NCBI GenBank assembly: GCA_016871975.1
Contig: VHBM01000001.1
Span: 1-54,154, forward strand
Direction: 5' to 3'
DNA: 54,154 bases
From: Nitrososphaerota archaeon
GTDB taxonomy: Archaea; Thermoproteota; Nitrososphaeria; Nitrososphaerales; Nitrosopumilaceae
Every line of letters starts with the position of its first letter. Position 1 is the first letter of the stretch. Shown here piece by piece: positions 29,660 through 39,135 of this stretch. Under the pieces are notes generated by a model. That model saw only the letters and a list, made by a program, of their open reading frames with translations. It did not search any database and was not told the origin of the DNA. The position numbers and the translations under genes are program-made.

Positions 29660-29688
29660 AACATTGCTTACGATTGGTTTTAAAAGTG

Positions 29689-31038
29689 TTATCGGAAAAG
29701 AATCGAGTTTATCTTCGCTAAATACTCAGACATTAGTATCTTGAGTTTTTCCTGAGAGTCAGCCTCAGCATATATTCTGATTATAGGTTCTGTGCCACTT
29801 GGTCTTACCATTACCCAGTTAGTTTTATCAAAGGCGATTTTGATACCATCGGTTGTATTAGAATGTGGGTTTTGGTCAGCTAGTGTCTTGATTAGTTTAC
29901 TTGCATCCTCTTTTGAGCATGCTACCTTATCTTTTGTTGTAAATGATTGAGGCAATAGTTTTGTCTCTTCTGACATTGTTTTTCCTGAAAAAGAAAGTAA
30001 ATCTAGTACCAAAGCCAAAGTCATTGCTCCATCTCTTACCTGATTGTGTTTTCCATACATGAATCCCCCATTTTCTTCAAATCCGATCAAAGCACCAGTT
30101 TGGACCATCTTTCTTGATACCTCAACGCTACCCACTTTGGTGCGAATAACATTAGACTTTGCTTTTTGTGCCAATGTCTCAATACCTGAGCCAGAATTAA
30201 GACATGTCACAATTGTAGAGTTTGGATTTTTTGATAAAATGAAATTTGAAAGTAAAAGTGCAGATTTGTCACCAGTCAAGATTTCTCCTTTTTCATCACA
30301 AAAAATGCTTCTATCACCATCGCCATCAAAGGCCACTCCTAAATCTGATCCTGTTTTGACTACAGTGTCTGAAAGTTTTTTGAGATTACTTGGTGTTGGT
30401 TCTGATCCACGACCCGAAAATGTACCATCTATATTTTCATTAATAGTAATTACTTTACAACCTAATTCATTACACAGTAGTGGAGCAGTTACAGCTTGAG
30501 CTCCATTCCCAAGATCAAGCACTACCTTGAATTTTCTGGACATAATTTTGTTGCTGTTTACATGTGAGGTTACTGCATCAAGGTATGTCTTAATTGTGTT
30601 TTTTTCTGGTTCTGTTTTTCCTAATTTTGTATAGTCTTTTTTCCATTTTTTATTAAAGTAAATATCTTCAATTATCAATTCATCTTCTCTTGAAATTTCT
30701 ACACCGTCAGATGCAACAGGTTTGATCCCGTTGTATTGCGGAGGATTGTGTGATGCTGTGATCATAATACCTCCTGAATATCCAAGATTTTTAGTTGCAA
30801 TCTCAAGACACGGTGTTGGTATCAATCCAGCGTTTTTACAATCAAAGCCAACAGAGTTTAGCGTGGAACAAACAATTTTTGTTATTGTAGGGCTTGATGT
30901 TCTTCCATCGTATCCAACAAGTATTGATCCTTTCTTAAAATATGTTGCAATTGCAAGTGTTATGTCATGGATAAATTCCAGAGATAGATCTTCTGCGAAA
31001 ACTCCTCTGATTCCATTTGTTCCAAATAATTTTGCCAT
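29689..31038 (-). CDS. Phosphohexomutase (phosphoglucosamine/phosphomanno-mutase family)
   Basis: FGTNGIRG, TASHNP, DGDGDR, FEENGG, RPSGTEP. Confidence 0.93.
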   Translation of the reverse strand: MAKLFGTNGIRGVFAEDLSLEFIHDITLAIATYFKKGSILVGYDGRTSSPTITKIVCSTLNSVGFDCKNAGLIPTPCLEIATKNLGYSGGIMITASHNPPQYNGIKPVASDGVEISREDELIIEDIYFNKKWKKDYTKLGKTEPEKNTIKTYLDAVTSHVNSNKIMSRKFKVVLDLGNGAQAVTAPLLCNELGCKVITINENIDGTFSGRGSEPTPSNLKKLSDTVVKTGSDLGVAFDGDGDRSIFCDEKGEILTGDKSALLLSNFILSKNPNSTIVTCLNSGSGIETLAQKAKSNVIRTKVGSVEVSRKMVQTGALIGFEENGGFMYGKHNQVRDGAMTLALVLDLLSFSGKTMSEETKLLPQSFTTKDKVACSKEDASKLIKTLADQNPHSNTTDGIKIAFDKTNWVMVRPSGTEPIIRIYAEADSQEKLKILMSEYLAKINSILFR

Positions 31039-31078
31039 TTTATTTCTATCAACAATGGATAGATTTGTGCTTTAGGAT

Positions 31079-32206
31079 CTAGTAATTTTTGATGAATTTG
31101 AGTAGTTTTTCATCTATTGGAATTATGTTTTCTGGATAGCAATTTAGCATTACACCATTTTCTATTTCATGAAATTCCCAATTTTCACAGTTGGTGTTGT
31201 ATTCAAAATTAGAATTATCATATTTCCAATCAAAACCGTTTCTTATTTCTGCTGTTGGATAGTTATGTCCTCTGATAAGTGTGATTATATCATTTTTATA
31301 ATCTGTCTGGATTTCAGCATAGAGAGAGTTAGGATAAAGGTAGATCACTTTTGGGTGTTTTGTAATTGCATCAAATTCAGTTTTTGTTACATATTCATTG
31401 TGTAATACAATGATTTTATCATAGTTTTGTAATATTGAAGGATTTCTATCAACATCAATATCTGTTAGAGTTTGATAGCCAAGAAGATCAAGGATTTTTA
31501 CAGTATTAGTGTTTGCTTGAAACTTTAATGGTTTATCAAATTGAATTTTTATTGTAAGGCAAGATGTGTCACATTCTTCTCTGTAGTAGGTGTAGAATCC
31601 AGGTTCAAAGTATGCGCTTGCAGTAAAAATTGGAATAATAAAAGCTGCGTTTTGTTCTTGATTCAAAAGCCCAATTTCTTTGTAAGTTTCAGTTAACTCA
31701 TGTTTCAGTTCGAACTGTATATCTATTGGATTTCGTTCGCCGTTAACAATTATGAAATCTTTTTTGTAAGCAAAGGCTCTAAACAGTGATGATTCTCCAG
31801 CATATTCCATTTCCTTAAAAGAATCCTGTACAGTTAATGCTGTTTCTAGACTAATTTGCACAACTTTGGATTTAAGAAGAAAACTTATTGCATTAAAAAA
31901 TTCTGTGTCAGATATTTCTTTGTTTATCCAAAAACTTGCTATTTTTTTGATCCAATTTGGAACTTTTTCTTGGTTTGCTTCATAATCAATATCTAAAGAC
32001 GTGGACAGTATTTTATTCACGGCTAGCCATTGAACAGCTTGTGTGAAAAAGGAATTTGATATTTTCCCTTCAGACCACCATTTTGTATTTTGTTTAATCC
32101 ACAGGGGAATATTTTTTTCATTTTCACCATAAGCTGTTGAAAGATTAGTTATAATTAAGGAAATGAAAAAGATTGATGTTGCGAGTTTTATCACAGTAGA
32201 GAACAA
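31079..32206 (-). CDS. Secreted thaumarchaeal surface protein with two IPxWIK repeats; paralogue of 6643..7503
   Basis: Signal peptide; IPLWIKQNTKWWSEGKIS and VPNWIKKIASFWINKEISDTEF repeats; shared C-terminal LHNEYVT domain. Confidence 0.82.
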   Translation of the reverse strand: MFSTVIKLATSIFFISLIITNLSTAYGENEKNIPLWIKQNTKWWSEGKISNSFFTQAVQWLAVNKILSTSLDIDYEANQEKVPNWIKKIASFWINKEISDTEFFNAISFLLKSKVVQISLETALTVQDSFKEMEYAGESSLFRAFAYKKDFIIVNGERNPIDIQFELKHELTETYKEIGLLNQEQNAAFIIPIFTASAYFEPGFYTYYREECDTSCLTIKIQFDKPLKFQANTNTVKILDLLGYQTLTDIDVDRNPSILQNYDKIIVLHNEYVTKTEFDAITKHPKVIYLYPNSLYAEIQTDYKNDIITLIRGHNYPTAEIRNGFDWKYDNSNFEYNTNCENWEFHEIENGVMLNCYPENIIPIDEKLLKFIKNY

Positions 32207-32309
32207 TTTTGCTTCTTATTTTTTGTATCTGTAATTTAATGTGTTTAGCTTTGATTCATTTCATGTATAACACGTAACCGTTAAGTTTGTGTTTAAATGG
32301 ATTTGGAGT

Positions 32310-32394
32310 GCGGGAGTTGCCAAGCCTGGCCAAAGGCGCAGGGCTTAGGACCCTGTCTCTTAGGGGTTCGTGGGTTCAAATCCCACCTCCCGCA
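32310..32394 (+). tRNA. tRNA-Leu (TAG)
   Basis: Acceptor GCGGGAG/CTCCCGC, anticodon arm CAGGG-CTTAGGA-CCCTG, long variable arm, A discriminator. TTTAAA box upstream. Confidence 0.96.
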
Positions 32395-32468
32395 TCAAAA
32401 TTTTATTAAAAATAATGTTAGTGTTGATGCTTTAAGCATTAATAAGGTATGATCTACTTTACGGTCTG

Positions 32469-33317
32469 TTGAAGAAAATAATCGTTGGCATAACTGTAGT
32501 TGGAAAAGACAAAGAGGGAGTGGTCGCAGCTTTTACTAATTATGTATTTCAAAAGAAAGGAAATATTGAAAAAGTAAACCAAAATGTAATCAAAAATCTC
32601 TTTGGAATGTATCTTGAAGCGTCATTTTCTACAAAAATTGACATAAAAAAATTTGATAAAGGACTACAAGAGACCGGAAAAAAACTAAACATGGAGGTAA
32701 GTGTACATCATGAAACAAACACTGAAAAAAATATTGCGATCTTTGTAACAAAAGAGTCACACTGTCTTGAGGTTTTACTTGATTCCTATTCAAAAAAAGA
32801 TGTTAAAGGAAAGATTTGTGCAATTGTTGGCACAGAAAAAACACTTGCATCGCTTGCAAAAAAGGCAAAGATTCCCTTTATTTTGGTAACTAATAGAGAT
32901 CAGGAAAAAGCAGAGGAAAAACTTCTTGATATTTGTAAAAAATATTGCATTGATCTTATAGTCCTTGCACGTTACATGAAGATCTTAACACCAAATTTTG
33001 TTTGGCGATATCCAAATAGAATAATCAATATTCATCCATCACTTCTACCTGCATTTCCTGGTGCTATGGCATATGCTCAAGCTTATGAAAGAGGAACGAA
33101 AATTGTCGGGGTAACTGCCCATTATGTTACCGAAAACTTGGATCAGGGACCAATAATTTTCCAAGACTCTTTTACTGTCAATCCAGATGAAACCCTCGAA
33201 TCTATAAAGAAAAATGGTCAGAGGCTTGAGGCACAGACTTTACTAAGGGCTGTTAAAATGCATCTTGCTGGTAAATTAGATGTGCGTTGGAGAAAGGTTC
33301 ACGTAAAGTCTAAGTGA
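32469..33317 (+). CDS. purU: Formyltetrahydrofolate deformylase
   Basis: N-terminal ACT domain, LARYMKIL, INIHPSLLPAF, TAHYV-x-x-x-LDQGPII. Confidence 0.95.
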   Translation: MKKIIVGITVVGKDKEGVVAAFTNYVFQKKGNIEKVNQNVIKNLFGMYLEASFSTKIDIKKFDKGLQETGKKLNMEVSVHHETNTEKNIAIFVTKESHCLEVLLDSYSKKDVKGKICAIVGTEKTLASLAKKAKIPFILVTNRDQEKAEEKLLDICKKYCIDLIVLARYMKILTPNFVWRYPNRIINIHPSLLPAFPGAMAYAQAYERGTKIVGVTAHYVTENLDQGPIIFQDSFTVNPDETLESIKKNGQRLEAQTLLRAVKMHLAGKLDVRWRKVHVKSK

Positions 33318-34054
33318 ATTTAATGGAATTAAAAGATCAGTTTGATCCAGACCTACGAAAAATTATAAAAAAGCAAAAAAAAGCAGCCGTAATTCCGGTA
33401 GGTTCAATTGAACAGCATGGAGCACATCTACCGCTATCTACGGATTCTGATATTGTGACAGATATTGCAAAAAGAACTGCAGACAGATGTGGTTTTCTAT
33501 TGCTTCCTACAATATCGTACGGCGTCTCCTTTGAACATGCGCCACTTTTCAATCTAAGTGTAAGGGGCTCAACACTTCAGAAAATGATAACCGAAATCTG
33601 TATTTCTCTTTTAAAGAATGATATTAGAACAGTTTTTATCATAAATGGACACTATAGCAATCAAAAATTCCTTCAACATATTCCAGTAATAGTAAAGCGA
33701 CAGACAAGAGGAAAAACAAGAGTGTTTGTTTTCTCATACTGGCATTTTATGAGTCAGCGATTTGATCATGCAGGACTTGTTGAGACATCGCTTATGCGTG
33801 CAATTTCAAACAAAGTTAACATGAAGAAGGCGAAAAGAGGTCTAGTTACAGATGCGTTGCCAAAACACAAAGTTGCGCTTCTTAATAAACTTGCATCAGA
33901 GTCATTTACGAGAGCTACAAAAAGCGGTGTGTGGGGGGACCCAAGACGTGCAACCAGACGTGAGGGCAATAGAATTCGTACTGAAATTGTGAGAAATTTA
34001 GTAAAAGTGTGTCAAACTTGCCTTACAGAGAAAAATCGAAAGTTACACCACTGA
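33314..34054 (+). CDS. Creatininase family amidohydrolase
   Basis: PVGSIEQHGAHLP-x-x-TD, EH, NGH-x-x-N, DHAG-x-x-ETS, GVWGDP. Confidence 0.9.
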   Translation: MNLMELKDQFDPDLRKIIKKQKKAAVIPVGSIEQHGAHLPLSTDSDIVTDIAKRTADRCGFLLLPTISYGVSFEHAPLFNLSVRGSTLQKMITEICISLLKNDIRTVFIINGHYSNQKFLQHIPVIVKRQTRGKTRVFVFSYWHFMSQRFDHAGLVETSLMRAISNKVNMKKAKRGLVTDALPKHKVALLNKLASESFTRATKSGVWGDPRRATRREGNRIRTEIVRNLVKVCQTCLTEKNRKLHH

Positions 34055-34098
34055 AATTTTAATATAATCCCTCGTTAGCTGGTCTAATAAGTGGTTTA

Positions 34099-34329
34099 AT
34101 GTCAGTAGACATGGCAGTAAAAGTACTGGATGAGAGCATCAACAAAGTTGTCTTGATCAAGCTAAAAGGCGGCAAGACAATTAGAGGAAATCTGTTGGGC
34201 TTTGATCAACACATGAATCTGCTACTCGACCAGTCAGAAGAGATCCCTTCTGAGGGCGAATCAAAGAGTCTTGGGACCATAGTTGTGCGTGGAGATAACG
34301 TAGTTATGATATCCCCACCTCCAGCATAA
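34099..34329 (+). CDS. Sm/Lsm-like RNA-binding protein (SmAP)
   Basis: [14 protein letters not shown] and VRGDNVV Sm motifs. Confidence 0.95.
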   Translation: MSVDMAVKVLDESINKVVLIKLKGGKTIRGNLLGFDQHMNLLLDQSEEIPSEGESKSLGTIVVRGDNVVMISPPPA

Positions 34330-34341
34330 GGTGAATAACCC

Positions 34342-34509
34342 ATGGTAAAAGGCACAGCATCAATGGGTCTTTTTAATAGGAAAAAAACACACATCAGATG
34401 TAGAAGATGTGGCAAAAATTCCTTCCATAGAAGGGCTCGTCGTTGTGCAAGCTGCGGTTTCCCTGACCCAAAAATCAGAAAGTATTCCTGGATCAAATGG
34501 TATACATAA
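34342..34509 (+). CDS. rpl37e: 50S ribosomal protein L37e (55 aa; absent from the ORF track)
   Basis: [41 protein letters not shown]...; SD AGGTGA upstream; Sm-L37e gene order typical of archaea. Confidence 0.96.
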   Translation: MVKGTASMGLFNRKKTHIRCRRCGKNSFHRRARRCASCGFPDPKIRKYSWIKWYT

Positions 34510-35388
34510 ATGCAAGAAATTGCGATTTTACTAAGCTCCCTTGCTGGTGCATGTACTGCAGCTGCAGTTAAAAAATTTCCAAAGGGAAAACACACTATCT
34601 CAACTCTTGGTGCTAATACGCATATTAAAAATCAGATTAATTCACTCAAGCTAGAAAAGGAAATCCTTACAAAAACAATAGCAAGGCTTTATCAACACGA
34701 ATCAGAATTATCAAAAACGCAGCAAGATAGGCTACTTCTAAAATATCAGCATCAACTTGGAATAGTTTTAGCAAAAATAGAAAAACTGGATGAGGCAAGC
34801 AAACATCCAGATTTAGGTCCATTAGGTGAAGGATTAGTTACATTAATGGACCAAAAACTATCAACTCTAGATAAGCGGTTGTATGAACTTTCATCAAAAA
34901 TCAATTTAGTTAATGCACAAACGTCTCCAGTCAAGCATGAACAACAAGTATCTGAAAAGAGAATGAGAGAAATCGAACCAAAGCCTCAAACTAAAACAGA
35001 AATTGTTCAAACAAAATTACCCGATCCAGCTTCACTCAAACCTCACAGACCATTTGAAATAACTACACTTACGGAATTACCAGAGAGGATTCCTGAATCA
35101 TTTTTCAAAGCTCAAGTGGTAGTTCCACAAATAAAGGATGAGTTTGTGAGACCACAAAAAGAACAAGTAGAGTTTGTTCAACACACTAATGTTACTCCAC
35201 AAGTTGAACAACCAAAAGTTGAACAATCACAAGAGCAATCTAACTCGCCTACTGTAGTGAAAAAACCAGCGCCAAAGGTAACACTTCCTGAAGATGATAA
35301 GGAAGATGATGACGAAGATGATCTTGACAAGATTAAGGGCGAGATAATGAAAACACTCTCAAAGCTTGAGCAAGCAGAGGTAGAATAG
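34510..35388 (+). CDS. Hypothetical coiled-coil protein with N-terminal hydrophobic segment and Pro/Gln/acidic linker
   Basis: Long ORF abutting rpl37e and rpiA with no gaps; heptad-rich N-terminal half. Confidence 0.8.
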   Translation: MQEIAILLSSLAGACTAAAVKKFPKGKHTISTLGANTHIKNQINSLKLEKEILTKTIARLYQHESELSKTQQDRLLLKYQHQLGIVLAKIEKLDEASKHPDLGPLGEGLVTLMDQKLSTLDKRLYELSSKINLVNAQTSPVKHEQQVSEKRMREIEPKPQTKTEIVQTKLPDPASLKPHRPFEITTLTELPERIPESFFKAQVVVPQIKDEFVRPQKEQVEFVQHTNVTPQVEQPKVEQSQEQSNSPTVVKKPAPKVTLPEDDKEDDDEDDLDKIKGEIMKTLSKLEQAEVE

Positions 35389-36066
35389 TTGTCATTTGAT
35401 GATGCCATTGAGGCATTGTCAATAGATGCATTAAAGTTCGTAAAAGATGGTCAAATCATTGGTTTAGGTAGCGGTAGAGCTGCAACTGCATTTGTAAAAT
35501 CACTATCAACATTCTTGAAGAAGAAAAAAATCAACGTTAGATGTATTCCAACATCATTACAAATTAAGCTTACAGCAGAACAAGGAGGAATAAGGCTAAT
35601 TGAGGCTGATCAAGTTAACACAATTGATATTGTATTTGATGGTGCTGATCAAATCGATTCAGAAAAAAATATGATCAAAGGTGGAGGAGGTGCGTTACTT
35701 CGTGAGAATATTCTGATAAGTGCTGCAAAAAAAGTTGTAATCATGGCAGACAAATCAAAATTTGTAAAAAAACTTGATAGAATGGTGCCCGTTGAAGTAC
35801 ATCCTATGGCAAGAAATACAATCATAAATTCAATTAAAAAGATAGGCGGAAAACCAACTATTCGAACAATTGAGCGCGGGTATCCATTTGTAACGGAGAA
35901 TGGAAATATAATTTTAGACTGTGATTTTGGAATTATTTCAAAACCACAACAACTTGCACAGAAAATAAAACAATTGCCGGGAGTTCTTGAAGTTGGCATA
36001 TTTTCACGTAAGCCAGACGTGATTTACAAAGCAAATACTAGTGGAAAATTCGAAATTATAATATGA
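35389..36066 (+). CDS. rpiA: Ribose-5-phosphate isomerase A
   Basis: IGLGSG, DGADQ, IKGGGGALLRE, TENGN. Confidence 0.96.
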   Translation: MSFDDAIEALSIDALKFVKDGQIIGLGSGRAATAFVKSLSTFLKKKKINVRCIPTSLQIKLTAEQGGIRLIEADQVNTIDIVFDGADQIDSEKNMIKGGGGALLRENILISAAKKVVIMADKSKFVKKLDRMVPVEVHPMARNTIINSIKKIGGKPTIRTIERGYPFVTENGNIILDCDFGIISKPQQLAQKIKQLPGVLEVGIFSRKPDVIYKANTSGKFEIII

Positions 36067-36098
36067 TTTTTAACTTCTAGAATACTAATAATCTAAAA

Positions 36099-37499
36099 TC
36101 AGCTAAAAGATGTTACAGGTCTTTTTATTAATTTGCCAAAACCAGTTTTACCAACAATCTGCGAGTTTTCAGCAATAATTTTACCACGAAGGATTGTTTT
36201 CACTGGCCAGCCAGTGAGTTTCCATCCGTCATATACAACATAGTCAGAAAATCCTCCAAACAAATCATTGCTTACCTTCATTTCCTTTTTCAAATCTAGC
36301 ATGGTAATGTCTGCATCTGAATCTTTTTTTATGGCGCCTTTTTTTGGATACATTCCGAAAATTTTTGCTGCATTTGTACTAGTAAGCTGAACTAGTTTTT
36401 GAAGTGTTGTTCTTTTCTTGTTTATCCCTTCACTGAGCAATATAGGTAAAAGTGTTCCAATTCCAGGAAATCCAGCAAGTGCATCCCATACACTGCCTCC
36501 TTTTAGTTTTAGATTTAGTTGATTTGCGACATGATCTGTTCCGATTGTATCAATTTGGTTTGCATCAACTGCATTCCAAACAAATGAAACGTCTTCTCTT
36601 GTTCTTATAGGTGGCATTACTTTTGCAAGATATCCTTTTTGATTTTCATATGAAAGTGTAAGATAATGAGGACATGTCTCAACAAAGATCTTTGTTCCGA
36701 CATTTCTCTCTTTTTGGATTTGTTTTAGTGCACTACTTGAACCAATATGTGCAAAATACAATGTACAATCATATTTTCTTGCAAAGTTTGATACAGTTTG
36801 TATTGCCTTTATCTCAGAATCTTGAGGGCGGCTCTCAGACCACGCTGCAAGTCCATCCTTTTTTTGTTCTTTTGCTGTTTTTATCCCACATGAACATGTT
36901 TCATAGTCTTCAGCGTGAACTAAAACAGGGCAGCCAAGTGATGCTGCTGTCCTTACAACATTTTCAACGATTTCTAAATTTACCTCAACTTTCGCTTCAT
37001 GTAAGGATGTTGTATTTGGTGCCATATCCATATACACATGCCCTACATCTGCACCAAGATTCATGTAGAGCTTGAATGATGAAATCCCGTTTTCTACACA
37101 AAACTTCATTTCCTCAATTTGTTGTTTGTTAAAGATTGATGCGTGGATAGTATAATCTACAAAATGAGTTTTTGTGCTTGCCTCAAGTTGAGATCCTAAT
37201 GATCTTTTATACGAGTCACCTAGTCTAAGCATTCTCATTATAGTTGTCACGCCACCCAGTGCAGCAACACGTGATTCAGTAATAGCTGCCTTGTCTATTG
37301 GAGAATAAACCCCATAGTGTACATGTGTGTCTATTACTCCAGGAATCGAAACGAGTCCATGCCCATTGATTTTTTCATCACATGAGGGTTCATCTGTTGT
37401 AAGGCCTACAATTTTACCATCATCAATTATGATGTTTTTATCAATCAAGCCTTGGTCTGTCACAACGTGAGAATTTGTTATTATCGCATCATAGGTCAT
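36099..37499 (-). CDS. Cyclic amidohydrolase (dihydroorotase/hydantoinase/allantoinase family)
   Basis: PGVIDTHVH, SFKLYM (carboxylated Lys), HAED, ETCPHYL, PPIR, TDH. Confidence 0.9.
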   Translation of the reverse strand: MTYDAIITNSHVVTDQGLIDKNIIIDDGKIVGLTTDEPSCDEKINGHGLVSIPGVIDTHVHYGVYSPIDKAAITESRVAALGGVTTIMRMLRLGDSYKRSLGSQLEASTKTHFVDYTIHASIFNKQQIEEMKFCVENGISSFKLYMNLGADVGHVYMDMAPNTTSLHEAKVEVNLEIVENVVRTAASLGCPVLVHAEDYETCSCGIKTAKEQKKDGLAAWSESRPQDSEIKAIQTVSNFARKYDCTLYFAHIGSSSALKQIQKERNVGTKIFVETCPHYLTLSYENQKGYLAKVMPPIRTREDVSFVWNAVDANQIDTIGTDHVANQLNLKLKGGSVWDALAGFPGIGTLLPILLSEGINKKRTTLQKLVQLTSTNAAKIFGMYPKKGAIKKDSDADITMLDLKKEMKVSNDLFGGFSDYVVYDGWKLTGWPVKTILRGKIIAENSQIVGKTGFGKLIKRPVTSFS

Positions 37500-37575
37500 C
37501 TAGTTTTGTGCAATGATTTCTATCTATTATGCGTTTGAGTAAATGAATAAAAACAGATTCTTAGTGGTAAGTCAG

Positions 37576-37647
37576 GGGCCGGTGGTTTAGTGGTATAATG
37601 CCGCGTTCGCAACGCGGAAGTCGTGGGTTCAATTCCCACCCGGTCCA
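37576..37647 (+). tRNA. tRNA-Ala (CGC)
   Basis: Acceptor GGGCCGG/CCGGTCC with G3:U70, anticodon arm CCGCG-TTCGCAA-CGCGG, T loop TTCAATT. Confidence 0.95.
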
Positions 37648-37691
37648 TTTTAACCAGAAACTATTATAGATAATTCAAAACATTGTGAAAC

Positions 37692-38054
37692 ATGAAGATT
37701 TTCAACGGCAAAAAAGCTGCAGAAGACTATATGTCAACTCATACACTTGCTTTTTCAACTCCAGAATTAACGTTGATGAGATATTCTTTTTGGCTTGGAG
37801 ATATTGTTCCTGATCCAAACAACAGAGAGCAAAAAGTTCCAAGGATAATGACTTTTGTTGAAGAAAAAGATTTTGAGCCTGTTCAAGTAATAGATGATGA
37901 AAAATATGTTCCAACTGGCGCAGTTCGATCTACTGGAATGTATGGGAATCCAGTTACCGAAACAGGTAGTAATGTAAAATATTGCTCAGAGTGTGGAGTT
38001 AAAAATTCAAAAACCGCCAGATTCTGCACAGAATGTGGTACGACTCTAGATTAA
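37692..38054 (+). CDS. Zinc-ribbon domain protein
   Basis: C-terminal CSECG...ARFCTECG. Confidence 0.8.
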   Translation: MKIFNGKKAAEDYMSTHTLAFSTPELTLMRYSFWLGDIVPDPNNREQKVPRIMTFVEEKDFEPVQVIDDEKYVPTGAVRSTGMYGNPVTETGSNVKYCSECGVKNSKTARFCTECGTTLD

Positions 38055-38061
38055 GGCATAG

Positions 38062-38598
38062 TTAATTTTGAGTCTTTGTTCCGCACGTTGTGCAAAACTT
38101 TGCGTTTGGTCTAAGCTCATTTCCACAAGATGTGCATTTTGATCTAGTAGATGATTGAGTTACCAAGTTAGGATCTGGTGATGGCAGTGTACCAATATCG
38201 CCAAAAGTCTGTTTTGCCGATACAACAGATGGCGGTACACCCACTGGATTTTCTTTTGTTCCAGAACGAGGAACTTGCATTCCTCCCATCATTCCAGGTG
38301 TACCTCCTACTCCCGGCATCAAAGTAGGAGAATGAGTTAGTCCAAGTGCCGAGCCGCCTGCTATTTTAGCAAGCGCCTTTTTTATTTCAAAGATTACTTT
38401 TATTGAAAGAAACTCTAATGCAGAGTAAGCAACTACATAATCACCTAGTTTTTCAAAAAATTCCTTTTCACTCAGTTTGCCATCCTTGTAGAGCTTAGTA
38501 GTATCAAGAAATGATTCATAATAGCCTTGAGATTCATTAAAAAGTGCTTCAAGTTTATCGGCTAGAAGATTTAGTGTATCTACTTCACCAAGCGACAT
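38062..38598 (-). CDS. Zinc-ribbon domain protein
   Basis: Helical N-terminal domain, Gly/Pro/Met linker, C-terminal CTSCG...AKFCTTCG. Confidence 0.8.
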   Translation of the reverse strand: MSLGEVDTLNLLADKLEALFNESQGYYESFLDTTKLYKDGKLSEKEFFEKLGDYVVAYSALEFLSIKVIFEIKKALAKIAGGSALGLTHSPTLMPGVGGTPGMMGGMQVPRSGTKENPVGVPPSVVSAKQTFGDIGTLPSPDPNLVTQSSTRSKCTSCGNELRPNAKFCTTCGTKTQN

Positions 38599-38652
38599 AG
38601 TATGAACCTTGGTTTTCAGTTATTAATTACTTTAGATCGAAAATGAAAAAAT

Positions 38653-38985
38653 CTAGATTTTTTCTAGTGCTCTTTCAATCATCTTTTTGTATGAATCTTT
38701 GGATGCGGCGCCGACTTGTTGTGCAATTATTTGTCCTTTGCTGAATATTGCTAAGGTTGGAATGCTAAACACGTTGTATTTTGATGCTAGCTCATTGGCC
38801 TCGTCAACATTAACTTTAACAAAGTTTACCTTACCTTCGAATTCTTTTGCAAGTTCCTCTACGACGGGGCTAACCATTCTACAAGGTCCACACCATTCAG
38901 CCCAAAAGTCAACAAAGACTGGACGTGGCGAGCTCATAACAGTAGTTTCCCAGCTTTTTGCATCAGATATTTTTGCAATTTCCAT
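38653..38985 (-). CDS. trxA: Thioredoxin
   Basis: DFWAEWCGPC, VNVDE, SIPTL. Start MEIAK (38985) is likely. Confidence 0.94.
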   Translation of the reverse strand: MEIAKISDAKSWETTVMSSPRPVFVDFWAEWCGPCRMVSPVVEELAKEFEGKVNFVKVNVDEANELASKYNVFSIPTLAIFSKGQIIAQQVGAASKDSYKKMIERALEKI

Positions 38986-39135
38986 TATAACCAATGGGAC
39001 TTGCTGTAACGTACCTAAATATGTTAGCAAGGAAAATTCACAAACTAAAGCCCAGTAGATTTCTAATGCTTGAAATTATTGTCAGCAAAAAATTTGTGAA
39101 TATATATTTAAATTCGAATTTTAATAGATGCAGAT

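Noticed and set aside
34206..34595. 129-aa minus-strand ORF
   Set aside because: It is antisense to Sm, rpl37e and the next gene; rpl37e explains the region.
33314..37499. Linking the creatininase-family and hydantoinase-like genes to the ureohydrolase island as a creatinine pathway
   Set aside because: They lie among core housekeeping genes 7-11 kb from the island and lack the shared promoter motif. Both families also have common biosynthetic roles.
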